Below are positions 26,114-35,034 of a stretch of 45,909 bases of DNA, piece after piece. The stretch lies in NCBI GenBank assembly GCA_964627775.1, contig CAZVKZ010000001.1:1-45909 (forward strand), read 5' to 3'. Source of the DNA: an uncultured Candidatus Bathyarchaeia archaeon. GTDB lineage: Archaea; Thermoproteota; Bathyarchaeia; 40CM-2-53-6; RBG-13-38-9. The notes under the pieces were generated by a model. That model ran no database searches and had not been told where the DNA came from. It worked only from the letters and a program-made list of their open reading frames with translations. Within the stretch, counting starts at the first letter, position 1. Each line of letters opens with the position of its first letter. The translations under genes and the position numbers were made by a program.

Positions 26114-27313
26114 ATGAGAGAGAAGGTTGTTCTCGCGTATTCTGGAGGACTTGATACATCAGTAGCCATCAAATGGATCATGGAAAAATACGATTCCGAT
26201 GTTGTAACTCTCACAGTTGATGTTGGGCAGGGCGACGACCCAGACCTTATCCGCGAACGCGCTGAGAGAATAGGATCTGTCAAACACTACTCCATAGACG
26301 CTAGAGAGGAGTTCGCCAGGGACTATGTATTCCCAGCAGTTAGAGCCAATGCGCTCTACCAGGGAAAGTATCCTATATCAACAGCATTATCCAGGCCCCT
26401 CATAGCATCAAAGCTCGTTGAGATCGCCAACAGAGAGGGAGCTACCGCGGTCGCCCATGGATGCACAGGAAAGGGAAATGATCAAGTGAGATTTGACGTC
26501 ACAGTAGCCTCACTTGCACCAAATATGAAGATCATAGCCCCAATAAGAGAATGGAAGCTCTCACGAGAGGAAGAGATCAGGTACGCCAAAGAACATAACA
26601 TACCCATTCCAGTCAAACCAGAAAGCCCCTACAGCATAGATCAGAACCTCTACGGACGCTCCATAGAATGCGGAATACTCGAAGATCCTCTAGCAGAACC
26701 ACCTGAAGAGGTCTTCGAACTCACAGCATCACCACAGAAGAGCCCGGACAAGCCTGAGTACGTTACGCTGGAGTTCGACGAAGGCGTACCTAAATCCGTC
26801 AACGGCTCGAAAGAAAGCCCTGCGACATTGATCAAGAGAATCAGCGAGATAGCTGGGAGAAATGGTGTCGGACGAATAGACCATATTGAAGACCGCCTCG
26901 TAGGGATCAAATCCCGTGAAGTCTATGAATGCCCCGCCTCAGTGGCCCTCATAGAAGCTCACAGAGACCTGGAAAAATGCGTTTTGACCAGACACGAGCT
27001 TGTTTTCAAGCAACTCGTTGACGCTCAGTGGACAATGGCAGCCTACTCAGGACTGTGGACGGACCCATTAATGGATGACCTCAACGCTTTCATCGAGAAG
27101 ACTCAAGAAAGAGTCAACGGTATGGTCAAGGTCAAACTCCACAAAGGAAACTGCCAAGTCGTAGGCAGATCTTCACCGATGTCCTTGTACAGTCGTGACC
27201 TTGCGACCTACGGTGTCGACACGACTTTCGACCAGACGATGGCAACTGGATTCATAGAACTCTGGGGACTACAGACCAAGATGGCAAACATCGTTAAGCG
27301 GGGCAAACGGTAA
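26114..27313 (+). CDS. argG: Argininosuccinate synthase
   Basis: 399 aa. VLAYSGGLDTS PP-loop and HGCTGKGNDQVRF. Confidence 0.9.
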   Translation: MREKVVLAYSGGLDTSVAIKWIMEKYDSDVVTLTVDVGQGDDPDLIRERAERIGSVKHYSIDAREEFARDYVFPAVRANALYQGKYPISTALSRPLIASKLVEIANREGATAVAHGCTGKGNDQVRFDVTVASLAPNMKIIAPIREWKLSREEEIRYAKEHNIPIPVKPESPYSIDQNLYGRSIECGILEDPLAEPPEEVFELTASPQKSPDKPEYVTLEFDEGVPKSVNGSKESPATLIKRISEIAGRNGVGRIDHIEDRLVGIKSREVYECPASVALIEAHRDLEKCVLTRHELVFKQLVDAQWTMAAYSGLWTDPLMDDLNAFIEKTQERVNGMVKVKLHKGNCQVVGRSSPMSLYSRDLATYGVDTTFDQTMATGFIELWGLQTKMANIVKRGKR

Positions 27314-27566
27314 GAACTCAACTTATGTTGCGCAGAGATGCTTAACTCTCCTGAATCAATATTATCTCTTCCAAAGGTTGTTGCAGAAGAAGTTCACGCT
27401 CGAAGCATTCTGAAAGTCGCTTGAAATATCCCTGATACCTCAAGGCAGATCACATCTTTGAGTTGTACTATTCTAGGAAAAACTATATACCTTTGAGAAC
27501 GTCCCGAGAAGTGAAGTTCTCAACGAAAGGTTGATAACATAGGCGTCTAGGCTATCTACCTAAAAT

Positions 27567-27591
27567 GGCAGATGAGGGTGATACGGATGCC
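27567..27591 (+). promoter_or_regulatory. Candidate kink-turn/K-loop in the rpl7ae leader spanning its start codon
   Basis: GGCA-GAU-GA-GGGUGAUACG-GA-UGCC. 4-bp C-stem (27567-70 with 27588-91), 3-nt bulge (27571-73), tandem sheared G.A/A.G (27574-75 with 27586-87), then G77-C84 and a 6-nt loop. The probable start ATG (27587-89) lies in the motif. Confidence 0.5.
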
Positions 27592-27976
27592 AAAACAATT
27601 CTACGTGAAGTTCGAGACCCCAAAGGAAGTCACGGATAGAGCTTTCCAAGTTCTACAAATCGCAAAGGACAGCGGCAAGATAAGAAAGGGAACCAACGAA
27701 ACCACAAAAGCCATCGAGAGAGGCGTCGCCAAATTCGTACTAATCGCCGAGGATGTTGAGCCACCCCAAGTAGTCGCACACCTGCCCATCCTGTGTGAGG
27801 AAAGAAAAATTCCCTACTTGTTTGTTCCCAGTAAACTCGAGCTTGGAAGAACAGCAGGGATCGAAGTTGGTTCAGCAGCCATCACAATAGTAGAGCCTGG
27901 CGAGGCATCCGAGGCAATTAAGGGACTTATCAGCGCCACAGAGAAACTAACGAAGGGCGGTGCATCAAGCACTTGA
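27587..27976 (+). CDS. rpl7ae: Ribosomal protein L7Ae
   Basis: [10 protein letters not shown]...[13 protein letters not shown]...[20 protein letters not shown]. The ORF track begins at an upstream in-frame ATG (27572). Comparison with typical short L7Ae N-termini favours 27587. Confidence 0.85.
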   Translation: MPKQFYVKFETPKEVTDRAFQVLQIAKDSGKIRKGTNETTKAIERGVAKFVLIAEDVEPPQVVAHLPILCEERKIPYLFVPSKLELGRTAGIEVGSAAITIVEPGEASEAIKGLISATEKLTKGGASST

Positions 27977-28212
27977 GCAGCGCCGCAGCAAAGACGGCAA
28001 AAGAGATAGCTGAAGAGACACTGGCTCCGGCCGAGATCACACAGATCGTTGGCCGAACAGGCGTGACAGGTGAAGTCATCCAGGTAAGAGTAAGAATCCT
28101 TGAGGGCAGAGACAAAGGCAGAATCATTACTAGAAACGTCAAGGGCCCAGTGAGGCTCGGCGACACACTAATGCTCAGAGAGACAGAGAGGGAAGCAAAG
28201 AAGATTCGTTAG
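27973..28212 (+). CDS. rps28e: Ribosomal protein S28e
   Basis: 79 aa, TTG start overlapping the rpl7ae stop. [27 protein letters not shown]...[11 protein letters not shown]. Confidence 0.85.
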   Translation: MSSAAAKTAKEIAEETLAPAEITQIVGRTGVTGEVIQVRVRILEGRDKGRIITRNVKGPVRLGDTLMLRETEREAKKIR

Positions 28213-28225
28213 AGAGGCAGACCAA

Positions 28226-28417
28226 GTGCCGCGCACATTTAAATGCTCCTTCTGCGGAAATGAGTATCCGCCAGCTTCAGGAATGGCCCACATAAGAAAT
28301 GATGGGTCCATACTCTACTTCTGCTCAGCAAAATGCAGAAAGAGCATTCTAGAACTCCAGAGAGACGCGCGGATACTGAAGTGGACACAGCATCACGCAC
28401 GCAAAGGCCGAGAGTAA
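28226..28417 (+). CDS. rpl24e: Ribosomal protein L24e
   Basis: 63 aa, GTG start. CSFCG...FCSAKC zinc-ribbon pattern typical of L24e. Confidence 0.8.
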   Translation: MPRTFKCSFCGNEYPPASGMAHIRNDGSILYFCSAKCRKSILELQRDARILKWTQHHARKGRE

Positions 28418-28878
28418 TGGAGAGAACTCTCGTCCTGATCAAGCCTGAAGGAGTCATGAGGGGACTCATTGGAGAGATCATCTCAAGACTTGAGAGAAAA
28501 GGCCTGAACATAGCAGGCCTGAAACTTCTCATGTTGTCAAGGAGCCAAGGTGAGGCCCTCTACTCGATGCACAAGACAAAGGACTTCTTCCCCGTACTGC
28601 TTAGTCACATGACCTCAGGACCAATCATAGCAATGGTGGCGGAAGGCCCTGACGCTATAGGCGCTGTTAGAAGAATGATTGGAGCAACTGATCCACAGGA
28701 AGCCACCCCAGGAAGCATAAGAGCTGACTTCGCGTTGAACAAAACGCAGAATATCGTGCATGCAGCGGATAGCAAAGAAAACGCTGATCGCGAAATCAGC
28801 ATCTTCTTCAGACCCAGTGAGATACTCAGCTATGACAAACCTACTGAGACGAGATACCTTCTAGGACCACAAGCCTAG
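28417..28878 (+). CDS. ndk: Nucleoside diphosphate kinase
   Basis: MERTLVLIKPEGV...NIVHAADS. The ATG overlaps the rpl24e TAA (TAATG). The longer track ORF from 28333 is an out-of-gene extension. Confidence 0.85.
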   Translation: MERTLVLIKPEGVMRGLIGEIISRLERKGLNIAGLKLLMLSRSQGEALYSMHKTKDFFPVLLSHMTSGPIIAMVAEGPDAIGAVRRMIGATDPQEATPGSIRADFALNKTQNIVHAADSKENADREISIFFRPSEILSYDKPTETRYLLGPQA

Positions 28879-28978
28879 GTGTAACACGCCAGAGAAAAAG
28901 TCGCGTTGGCCGCCGATATCCGGCCAATATAATACTTAAGGAAGTCAACACCATTGGAACTGTAGAGGAGACGCTACG

Positions 28979-30789
28979 ATGCCAATGCGTCAACCGATTG
29001 TCGTAGTCTTAGGCCACACGCCACGAATGAATGGTGCGCCGCGGCGGGCTAAGTAGACCACGGCAAAACAACACTCCTCGACAAGATTAGAGGAACTTCT
29101 GTCGCAAAGAGGGAACCAGGGCAGATAACACAATGGATTGGCGCAAGTCTCATTCCGGCAGAAACGATCAAGGAGACCTATGGAAAAACACTTGAGAGAT
29201 TCAGATTCCAGATCAACATACCAGGACTATTGTTCATCGATACACCTGGCCACGAGAGTTTCTCCAACCTGCGCCGCCGTGGAGGATCCGCCGCAGACAT
29301 CGCAATCCTCGTAATCGATATGACAAAGGGTGTTGAACCTCAGACCGAGGAATCGATAGAAATCCTGAAAATGCGAAAAACACCATTCGTCATTGCGGCG
29401 AACAAAGTCGACCTAGTGCCCGGATGGAGGGATAGCGGCAAACCCATCAGTGAAGCAATCCTCCTGCAAGCGCCAGAAGTTCAAAGGGAAATTGACAATC
29501 ACATTTATACTGTGATGGGAGAAATATCGAGATTCAATCTGAACGCCGACAGATTTGACAGGATAAGAGACTTCACAAGAACGATAGCTATCGTACCAAC
29601 AAGCGCCAAAAGCGGGGAAGGCATTCAAGAACTCCTAGCGTTAGTTGTTGGCCTGACTCAATCATTCATGAAGGAAGAACTGGCAACAACGAGCGGCCCT
29701 GCGAAAGGAACCATCCTAGAAGTGAAAGAGGAGGTCGGCCTGGGCACAACTGTAAACGCAATCGTCTATGATGGCATTCTGAGGGTTGGCGATCAAATAA
29801 CTCTAGGCGGAAAAGAAGGACCGATAGTGACAAGCGTCAGAGCGATTCTGGTTCCCAAACCCCTAGATGAGATAAGAGACCCGCGAGACAAATTTTCAAG
29901 TGTACGTAGTGTCAAAGCAGCCGCCGGCATAAAGATCGGAGCTCCAAACTTGGATACGGCCCTTGCGGGCTCATCACTATATGCGATTCCCGCAGGAGAC
30001 GCCCCGAACGTCTTCACTGAGATGGTAAAAGAAGAGTTCGAAAGACTAAGAATCGAGACGGATAAAAGTGGAGTCGTCCTCAAAACCGATACACTCGGAG
30101 CCTTGGAAGCCATAACAGCCTCGCTAAATAAATCAGGCACTCCGATAAGATTAGCTGATGTTGGCGATATCTCCAAACGTGAAATCATAGAAGCCGACAT
30201 AGTGCGGGGCAAAGATCCATTACTAGGCGTAGTCCTAGGATTCAACGTTAAGCTACTCCCTGACGCTGAGGAAGAGGCAACAAGACGAAAAGTTCACGTG
30301 CTTCAGGCAGACATAATCTATGACTTAGTTGATGGTTACTCCCGGTGGGTTGCCGCAGAAAAAGCTGCGAGCATAAAAGCAGACTTAGACCGCCATACCA
30401 GGCCGGGGAAAATGCGCATTCTATCCGGTTACGTATTCAGGCACAGTAAACCAGCGATATTCGGAGTTGAGATGTTGGCTGGGACTGTCAAACAGAAATG
30501 TGCCCTGATCAACCAAGACGGGAAAAAGATTGGAATGGTCATGAGACTTCAAGACAAAGGAAAAGACATCGACGGGGCAACAACCGGGATGCAGGTTGCT
30601 GTCTCAGTCGACAAGGCTGTCGTCAATAGAAATGTCTTCGAAGGCGACACATTATACGTGGCAGTTCCAGAGCAGTCGGCCAGAGAGTTCAATAGCAGAC
30701 TCAAAAGCTACCTGACGCCTGAAGAATTGAAAGTCCTCGATGAACTTACGGAGATTATGAGAAAGGAAAACCTGCTATGGAACGCCTAA
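28979..30789 (+). CDS. infB: Translation initiation factor aIF5B (IF2-type GTPase), interrupted: exon 1 28979-29017, exon 2 29053-30789
   Basis: Exon 1 encodes MPMRQPIVVVLGH, and that frame then hits TAG at 29054-56. Exon 2 is in a different frame, which is closed just upstream by TAA at 29050-52. It encodes VDHGKTTLLDKIRGTSVAKREPGQITQWIGAS...LLFIDTPGHESF... to the stop at 30789. Joining 29017 to 29053 gives the canonical G1 motif GHVDHGKT and a 591-aa protein. Confidence 0.85.
29018..29052 (+). other. Candidate 35-nt bulge-helix-bulge (BHB) intron within the infB mRNA
   Basis: H1: A11-U54, U10-A55, U09.G56. Central 4-bp helix: G12.U50, G13-C49, C14-G48, C15-G47. Bulges: A16 C17 A18 and A51 A52 G53. 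H3: C19-G46, G20-C45, C21-G44, C22-G43 (numbers = 290xx). Both exon junctions fall after the second nucleotide of a 3-nt bulge. Confidence 0.7.
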
Positions 30790-30869
30790 CATGAAGACCA
30801 GCAATCCAAATCTCGACACATTAATATGGTTGTCACCAAGCCTAGTAGAATACCTGCTCTGATGAGTAG

Positions 30870-31280
30870 ATGACAATGGCGAAATTCAAGATCACACTAT
30901 CTGAACCTGAAACTGGCAAAGCCTCCAGTGTGGAGCTGGACGGAGCCAAAGCAAAACCATTTGTTGGAAGAGAACTGGGGGAAATAGTAGATGGTTCCCT
31001 AGTCGGCTTGGCTGGTAAGAAGATCAAGATTACCGGAGGCAGCGATAAGGACGGGATACCCCTCAGGCTCGATGTGCATGGCGGCGGTAAGAAGCACTTG
31101 GTTCTAACAAGGAGTGTGGGATTCAAAGGTGAGAAGGGGTACAGGGAAAGGAGACTTGTTAGAGGTTGTATGATATCCGAGGAAACCTACCAGATAAACC
31201 TGGCAGTAGTCAAACTAGGGGCTGACACAAAGAACATCACAAACAGACAGAAAGATAGGGAAGCTGAAAAGACCAAATGA
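30870..31280 (+). CDS. rps6e: Ribosomal protein S6e
   Basis: 136 aa. MAKFKITLSEPETGKA...ITGGSDKDGIPL. An alternative ATG lies at 30876. Confidence 0.85.
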   Translation: MTMAKFKITLSEPETGKASSVELDGAKAKPFVGRELGEIVDGSLVGLAGKKIKITGGSDKDGIPLRLDVHGGGKKHLVLTRSVGFKGEKGYRERRLVRGCMISEETYQINLAVVKLGADTKNITNRQKDREAEKTK

Positions 31281-31696
31281 AAGCCAAAGTCATAGAGGAA
31301 AGCGGCAACCCTGTCCTCCAGCGGCGAGAGCTGCTTATAGAAGTAACACATGACAAAACTGGAACACCGGAAAGAATGACCCTCAAGAAATTCCTAGCAT
31401 CACAATTTGATGAGAAACCTGAGAACCTCTACTTGATCAAAGTAGAAAGCAAGACAGGATCTGACAGATCCCTGTGCAACGTGCAGATTTATGAAGAAAA
31501 AGACCTAGCTGAAAAAACTCTTGCAAAACACATAATCACAAGGAACCTACCACCAGAAGAACGCAAGCCAAAGAAAGAACGGGAAGCCAAACCACGAGAA
31601 GAGAAGAAGGCACCAGAAGAGAAGAAGGAAAAAACGCCCGAAAAGACTCAGCCAAAGGAAGCTGAGAAAACAAAGGAAACCGAGAAAAAGAAGTAA
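31277..31696 (+). CDS. rps24e: Ribosomal protein S24e with K/E-rich C-terminal extension
   Basis: 139 aa. ESGNPVLQRRELLIEVTHDKTGTPERMTLKKFLA is S24e-like. ATGA overlap with rps6e. Confidence 0.8.
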   Translation: MKAKVIEESGNPVLQRRELLIEVTHDKTGTPERMTLKKFLASQFDEKPENLYLIKVESKTGSDRSLCNVQIYEEKDLAEKTLAKHIITRNLPPEERKPKKEREAKPREEKKAPEEKKEKTPEKTQPKEAEKTKETEKKK

Positions 31697-31709
31697 GAAG
31701 TGAACCCGC

Positions 31710-31916
31710 TTGAGCCAAAGCATAGAGAAACAATCAACAAAGAAGAGACAGGGTCTAGGTTCTCTGTACGAATACAGTTACGAAAAGAAGAGTATTAAAC
31801 TGAAGAACAGGAAATGTCCGAGGTGCGGCGGCATAATGGCGCACCATATGAAGCCGACCCAAAGATGGACCTGCGGCTCCTGCAGGTACACAGACTACGT
31901 TAAAGCTCAATCCTAA
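31710..31916 (+). CDS. rps27ae: Ribosomal protein S27ae
   Basis: 68 aa, TTG start. CPRCGGIMAHH...CGSCRYTDY zinc ribbon. Confidence 0.8.
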   Translation: MSQSIEKQSTKKRQGLGSLYEYSYEKKSIKLKNRKCPRCGGIMAHHMKPTQRWTCGSCRYTDYVKAQS

Positions 31917-31937
31917 TTCGGTTTGCGGATCATCGCA

Positions 31938-32519
31938 TCAACCACGGCCCTTCACAAGGCTCTTCTTATCCTCATCAACTTTGACCACGACCATTCCCAT
32001 GTGTGGGGGCTGACCATAGACTACGATTGAGTTATCTGGAGCTTCAAGAATCGCAGGCAGAGTGAGGAGATCTTCCTCACCCCTCACGATCAACAGCGAG
32101 CCTTTATGCTTGATAGCTTCAGCAACAGCCTCCCAAGCGATCTGACTGATCGTACCGGGTTCATTCTCTACGATGAGGATTCGATTGCCGTGGAAATCAA
32201 AGTCCGTCTCCTTCCGCATCTCCTTTCTGTCGACAATCTTAATCCATGATGTTTCTCCAGCTCTTACCACATTTCGACACACAGTGTCGCCGACGCAAAT
32301 TACCCTTAGGGGTTTCTCCTTGGAAACTTCACTTTTCAGTCGTCTCATGTTCTCCTCCTCACTCCCAGTCAAGAGTTCGCCTAGTGGAAGCTTAAGTAGG
32401 GTTCTGAGTTCGCGTGTTAGGAGGAGCTTGACCAGGTCTAACAGCCTCTGAAGGAGGAAGACATCTAGTTCTGACTTATCGTACGCGGATAGCATACTTT
32501 CCTGGGCTCTTCGCCCCAA
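31938..32519 (-). CDS. DUF359 family protein (archaeal GTP-dependent dephospho-CoA kinase family)
   Basis: 193 aa. ICVGDTV...IVDRKEMRKE...GEEDLLTLPAILEAPDNSIVVYGQPPHMGMVVVKV matches the DUF359 signature as I recall it. Start uncertain; the ORF overlaps spt4. Confidence 0.7.
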   Translation of the reverse strand: MGRRAQESMLSAYDKSELDVFLLQRLLDLVKLLLTRELRTLLKLPLGELLTGSEEENMRRLKSEVSKEKPLRVICVGDTVCRNVVRAGETSWIKIVDRKEMRKETDFDFHGNRILIVENEPGTISQIAWEAVAEAIKHKGSLLIVRGEEDLLTLPAILEAPDNSIVVYGQPPHMGMVVVKVDEDKKSLVKGRG

Positions 32520-32670
32520 TCTTCTTGGCTATCTCAGATTTCTCTAGATTGACAACCACAATAAGGCCTGACCAGTCTTCGCTGAGGTTGGGGGACTTGC
32601 AGATCGGACATATGTTCCCCATACTGATGAAATGGCAGTTCTTGCAGGCTTTCTCCTTCGCCAGATCCAA
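32476..32670 (-). CDS. spt4: Transcription elongation factor Spt4 (RpoE'')
   Basis: 64 aa. CKNCHFI...CPICKS zinc ribbon followed by DWSGLIVVV. Confidence 0.85.
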   Translation of the reverse strand: MDLAKEKACKNCHFISMGNICPICKSPNLSEDWSGLIVVVNLEKSEIAKKIGAKSPGKYAIRVR

Positions 32671-32678
32671 CCCCTTCC

Positions 32679-33233
32679 TTAGCCTTTTTCCTTCTTAATC
32701 TCTTCCTCTATCCAGTCAAGCCGACCGAGGAAAGGTTGGCGCATGGTAAGACCGATCTTGCCGCTGACGCCTCCTTTCGGGAAGCCGACCGCGATTATCC
32801 TAGCCCTCACCTGGTCGCCCTTGCCAAGTGTTCGATGCGTCTCTTTCCCTGCCAGGACTCCGTGTTTCTCGTCATAAGTTATGAAGTCATCCATTATTTG
32901 AGAGACATGAACTAGAGCGTCCTCCGGTCCTATTCTTACAAAGGCTCCGAAGTCTGTGACCTCCACGACTTCACCTTGCACGATTTCTTGGAGTTCGGGA
33001 TAGAATGTGAGAAGTCGGAATTTGGCTTTGTGATATGTTGAGCCGTCACCAGGCAGGATTCTCCCCACAGGCTCTACATCAACATCAACGACGTAGACTA
33101 CATATCCTAACTCTTCATCGATCATGTTTTCGTATTTCAGTCTTACCTGTTCCTTGGCAACCTTCTTTATGGTGCCGCCAAACTTCTCCGGCGGGATCCT
33201 AACAATGTCCTCCATAGTCAGCAGCTTGAACAA
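32679..33233 (-). CDS. rpoE: DNA-directed RNA polymerase subunit E' (Rpo7)
   Basis: 184 aa. N-terminal Rpb7 fold (MFKLLTMEDIVRIPPEKFGG) and C-terminal S1 domain (GEVVEVTDFGAFVRIGP). Confidence 0.85.
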   Translation of the reverse strand: MFKLLTMEDIVRIPPEKFGGTIKKVAKEQVRLKYENMIDEELGYVVYVVDVDVEPVGRILPGDGSTYHKAKFRLLTFYPELQEIVQGEVVEVTDFGAFVRIGPEDALVHVSQIMDDFITYDEKHGVLAGKETHRTLGKGDQVRARIIAVGFPKGGVSGKIGLTMRQPFLGRLDWIEEEIKKEKG

Positions 33234-33263
33234 AGTCTGTAGCCTCGATTTTGGCTTTCTCTC

Positions 33264-33683
33264 TTAACTACCATCTCTGATGGGAAATCCTTCGATTTCA
33301 AGTCGAGACCGGTCCCTTACATAGATTACTGGCACATTTATATCTCTTAGTTTCTTCTTGAGGGCCATGTCTGATGTTGCAACAATAATCCTGTCTTCTT
33401 GAGCAAACCTGATGAGAGCGTCGTCAACTGTTTCAGACCGAGATAACCTCACGTCAATCTCCACACATCTTTCCGTGAGCTTCAATGCAGAGGCTGCTTT
33501 TCTGCCAAGTTCAGAGTTTCTTTGCGAGAGCCTCTCAAGCTCCTTCCTGACAGGCGTAATCACGATGAACTGGACCTTCCCCTGAAGCAGATTCTCGATC
33601 TCTGTGAATATGTCCAGTCTAAGGACGAATAGTAGGAGGAGAAAATTTGAGTCTAACATCACCCTATAGGGCAATGACATCAC
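33264..33683 (-). CDS. PIN-domain protein (Fcf1/Utp24-like)
   Basis: 139 aa. VMLDSNFLL acidic PIN motif and ...VATSDMALKKKL. Conserved archaeal position between aIF2-gamma and rpoE'. Confidence 0.65.
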   Translation of the reverse strand: MMSLPYRVMLDSNFLLLLFVLRLDIFTEIENLLQGKVQFIVITPVRKELERLSQRNSELGRKAASALKLTERCVEIDVRLSRSETVDDALIRFAQEDRIIVATSDMALKKKLRDINVPVIYVRDRSRLEIEGFPIRDGS

Positions 33684-34915
33684 TTGAGAGTGCCGTAACC
33701 GATCAGACGCCAGCTGTCGCCTATTCTCCTACTGAGTGCTGCCTTGAAACTCGACGCGGCGCAAATCGGACGCTTCAATGAGACATCTATTATGTTCTCT
33801 CGTGCTGATGCAACAACTCCAGAGGTCACAGCGGTAGCAACATTCAGAACGAGAGGCTCATTGCTTTTTATCTTCTCGACAGTCACGAGCTCCTGTGTTC
33901 CAACGGCCCTCTCGAAAAGCTCCACATCTAAGGTCAGTCTGTCAAGTACAGGAGGGAGACTGCCCTCTTTCCCAACTAGACTCCCAACCAGATTGTCAGC
34001 TTTGGTTATTGAAGGACACAGCGATGTGCCCACTCCAACCAAGCCGCCAGGACCTGCCTGCTTAACCTCACCCTCACTCACATGCAGACTCTTGATCTTG
34101 GTAAATATTGGTTGATACGAAGCTTTCCCCCCACTCTCAATCCTCAGCCCGGGCTTTATCTCAACTTGGTCATCTTGGTTGAAGATCCCTTGAACGATCG
34201 ATCCCCCAAGAACCCCTCCACGCAGCTTCTCAACCGTGGTTCCTGGCCTATTGATGTCAAAAGACCTGAGAACGTACATTCGAGGGGAGGCTGAAGGATT
34301 CCTCTTCGGGGTTGGGATTTCTCTCTCTATGGCTTCTATCAGGAGATCTATGTTTACGCCATGTTGAGCTGAGACAGGGATGATGGGCGCCTTCTCCGCA
34401 GATCTACCCTGAACAAAAATCTCTATCTCCTTCATGTTTTCAATCGCCCGCTCTCGATCAACTATGTCGATTTTGTTCTGAACAATTATCAGCTTCTTAA
34501 TCCCAGCCATCTCGGCCGCCAAAAGATGCTCACGATCTTGGGCTTGGGGAAACTTGGCATCAGCCGCTACGACAAAGAGCGCCCCATCCATCAGTGCTGC
34601 TCCCGAGAGCATCGTAACCATAAGGCTGTGGTGTCCAGGACAGTCAATAAAACTCACACTCCTCAGTAACTTCGTCTCCGAACCGCAGATAGGGCAGACC
34701 TCTTTTGTGCTGAAAGCAGCCGCACCCCTATGTGAGGAGCACTTGTAGAAGTGGGCGTCAGCGTATCCTATCCTTATGGTGATGCCTCTTCTAAGTTCCT
34801 CTGAATGCTTTGCAGTCCAAACGTTTGTCAAGGCTTGGACAAGTGTACTCTTCCCATTGTCGACGTGACCAAGAGTGCCGATGTTGACCTCGGGCTGAAC
34901 CGGCGGCGAACCCAA
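33680..34915 (-). CDS. eif2g: Translation initiation factor aIF2 gamma subunit
   Basis: 411 aa, TTG start. NIGTLGHVDNGKSTL G1 motif and a zinc knuckle (CSSHRG...CPICGS). Confidence 0.9.
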   Translation of the reverse strand: MGSPPVQPEVNIGTLGHVDNGKSTLVQALTNVWTAKHSEELRRGITIRIGYADAHFYKCSSHRGAAAFSTKEVCPICGSETKLLRSVSFIDCPGHHSLMVTMLSGAALMDGALFVVAADAKFPQAQDREHLLAAEMAGIKKLIIVQNKIDIVDRERAIENMKEIEIFVQGRSAEKAPIIPVSAQHGVNIDLLIEAIEREIPTPKRNPSASPRMYVLRSFDINRPGTTVEKLRGGVLGGSIVQGIFNQDDQVEIKPGLRIESGGKASYQPIFTKIKSLHVSEGEVKQAGPGGLVGVGTSLCPSITKADNLVGSLVGKEGSLPPVLDRLTLDVELFERAVGTQELVTVEKIKSNEPLVLNVATAVTSGVVASARENIIDVSLKRPICAASSFKAALSRRIGDSWRLIGYGTLK

Positions 34916-35034
34916 TGTGTTTCATCCCAGAATCTGAGTGGCTACCTTATTCAAGCCAGCGTTTACTTTAACCTTTCCAGAAGAGATCGCGATTGATTTA
35001 TTGGACTTGACTGAGTATGTCATGACGAAATCTA

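Noticed and set aside
28333-28416. N-terminal 28-aa extension of ndk in the track ORF
   Set aside because: The extension overlaps rpl24e in another frame and is R/T-rich with no NDK homology. The conserved NDK N-terminus MERTLVLIKPEG begins at the ATG at 28417.
29018-29056. Alternative explanations for the broken infB frame: -1 programmed frameshift, translational bypass (hop), intein, or pseudogene
   Set aside because: A -1 slip is only possible at 29053-56, because TAA at 29050-52 closes the target frame. It would insert TPRMNGAPRRAK inside the invariant GHVDHGKT P-loop. A CAC-to-CAC hop (29015 to 29059) would delete VDH from the same motif. 35 nt is far too short for an intein and is not a multiple of 3. 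The rest of the gene is intact over 578 codons, which argues against decay. The exact BHB geometry at both junctions favours splicing, but sequencing error cannot be excluded without reads.
31536-31696. Repetitive GAAGA/AAGAA-rich stretch, checked as a possible tandem repeat or CRISPR-like array
   Set aside because: It is in-frame low-complexity coding sequence for the K/E/P-rich C-terminal tail of S24e (EERKPKKEREAKPREEKKAPEEKKEKTPEK...). It is not a spaced repeat array.
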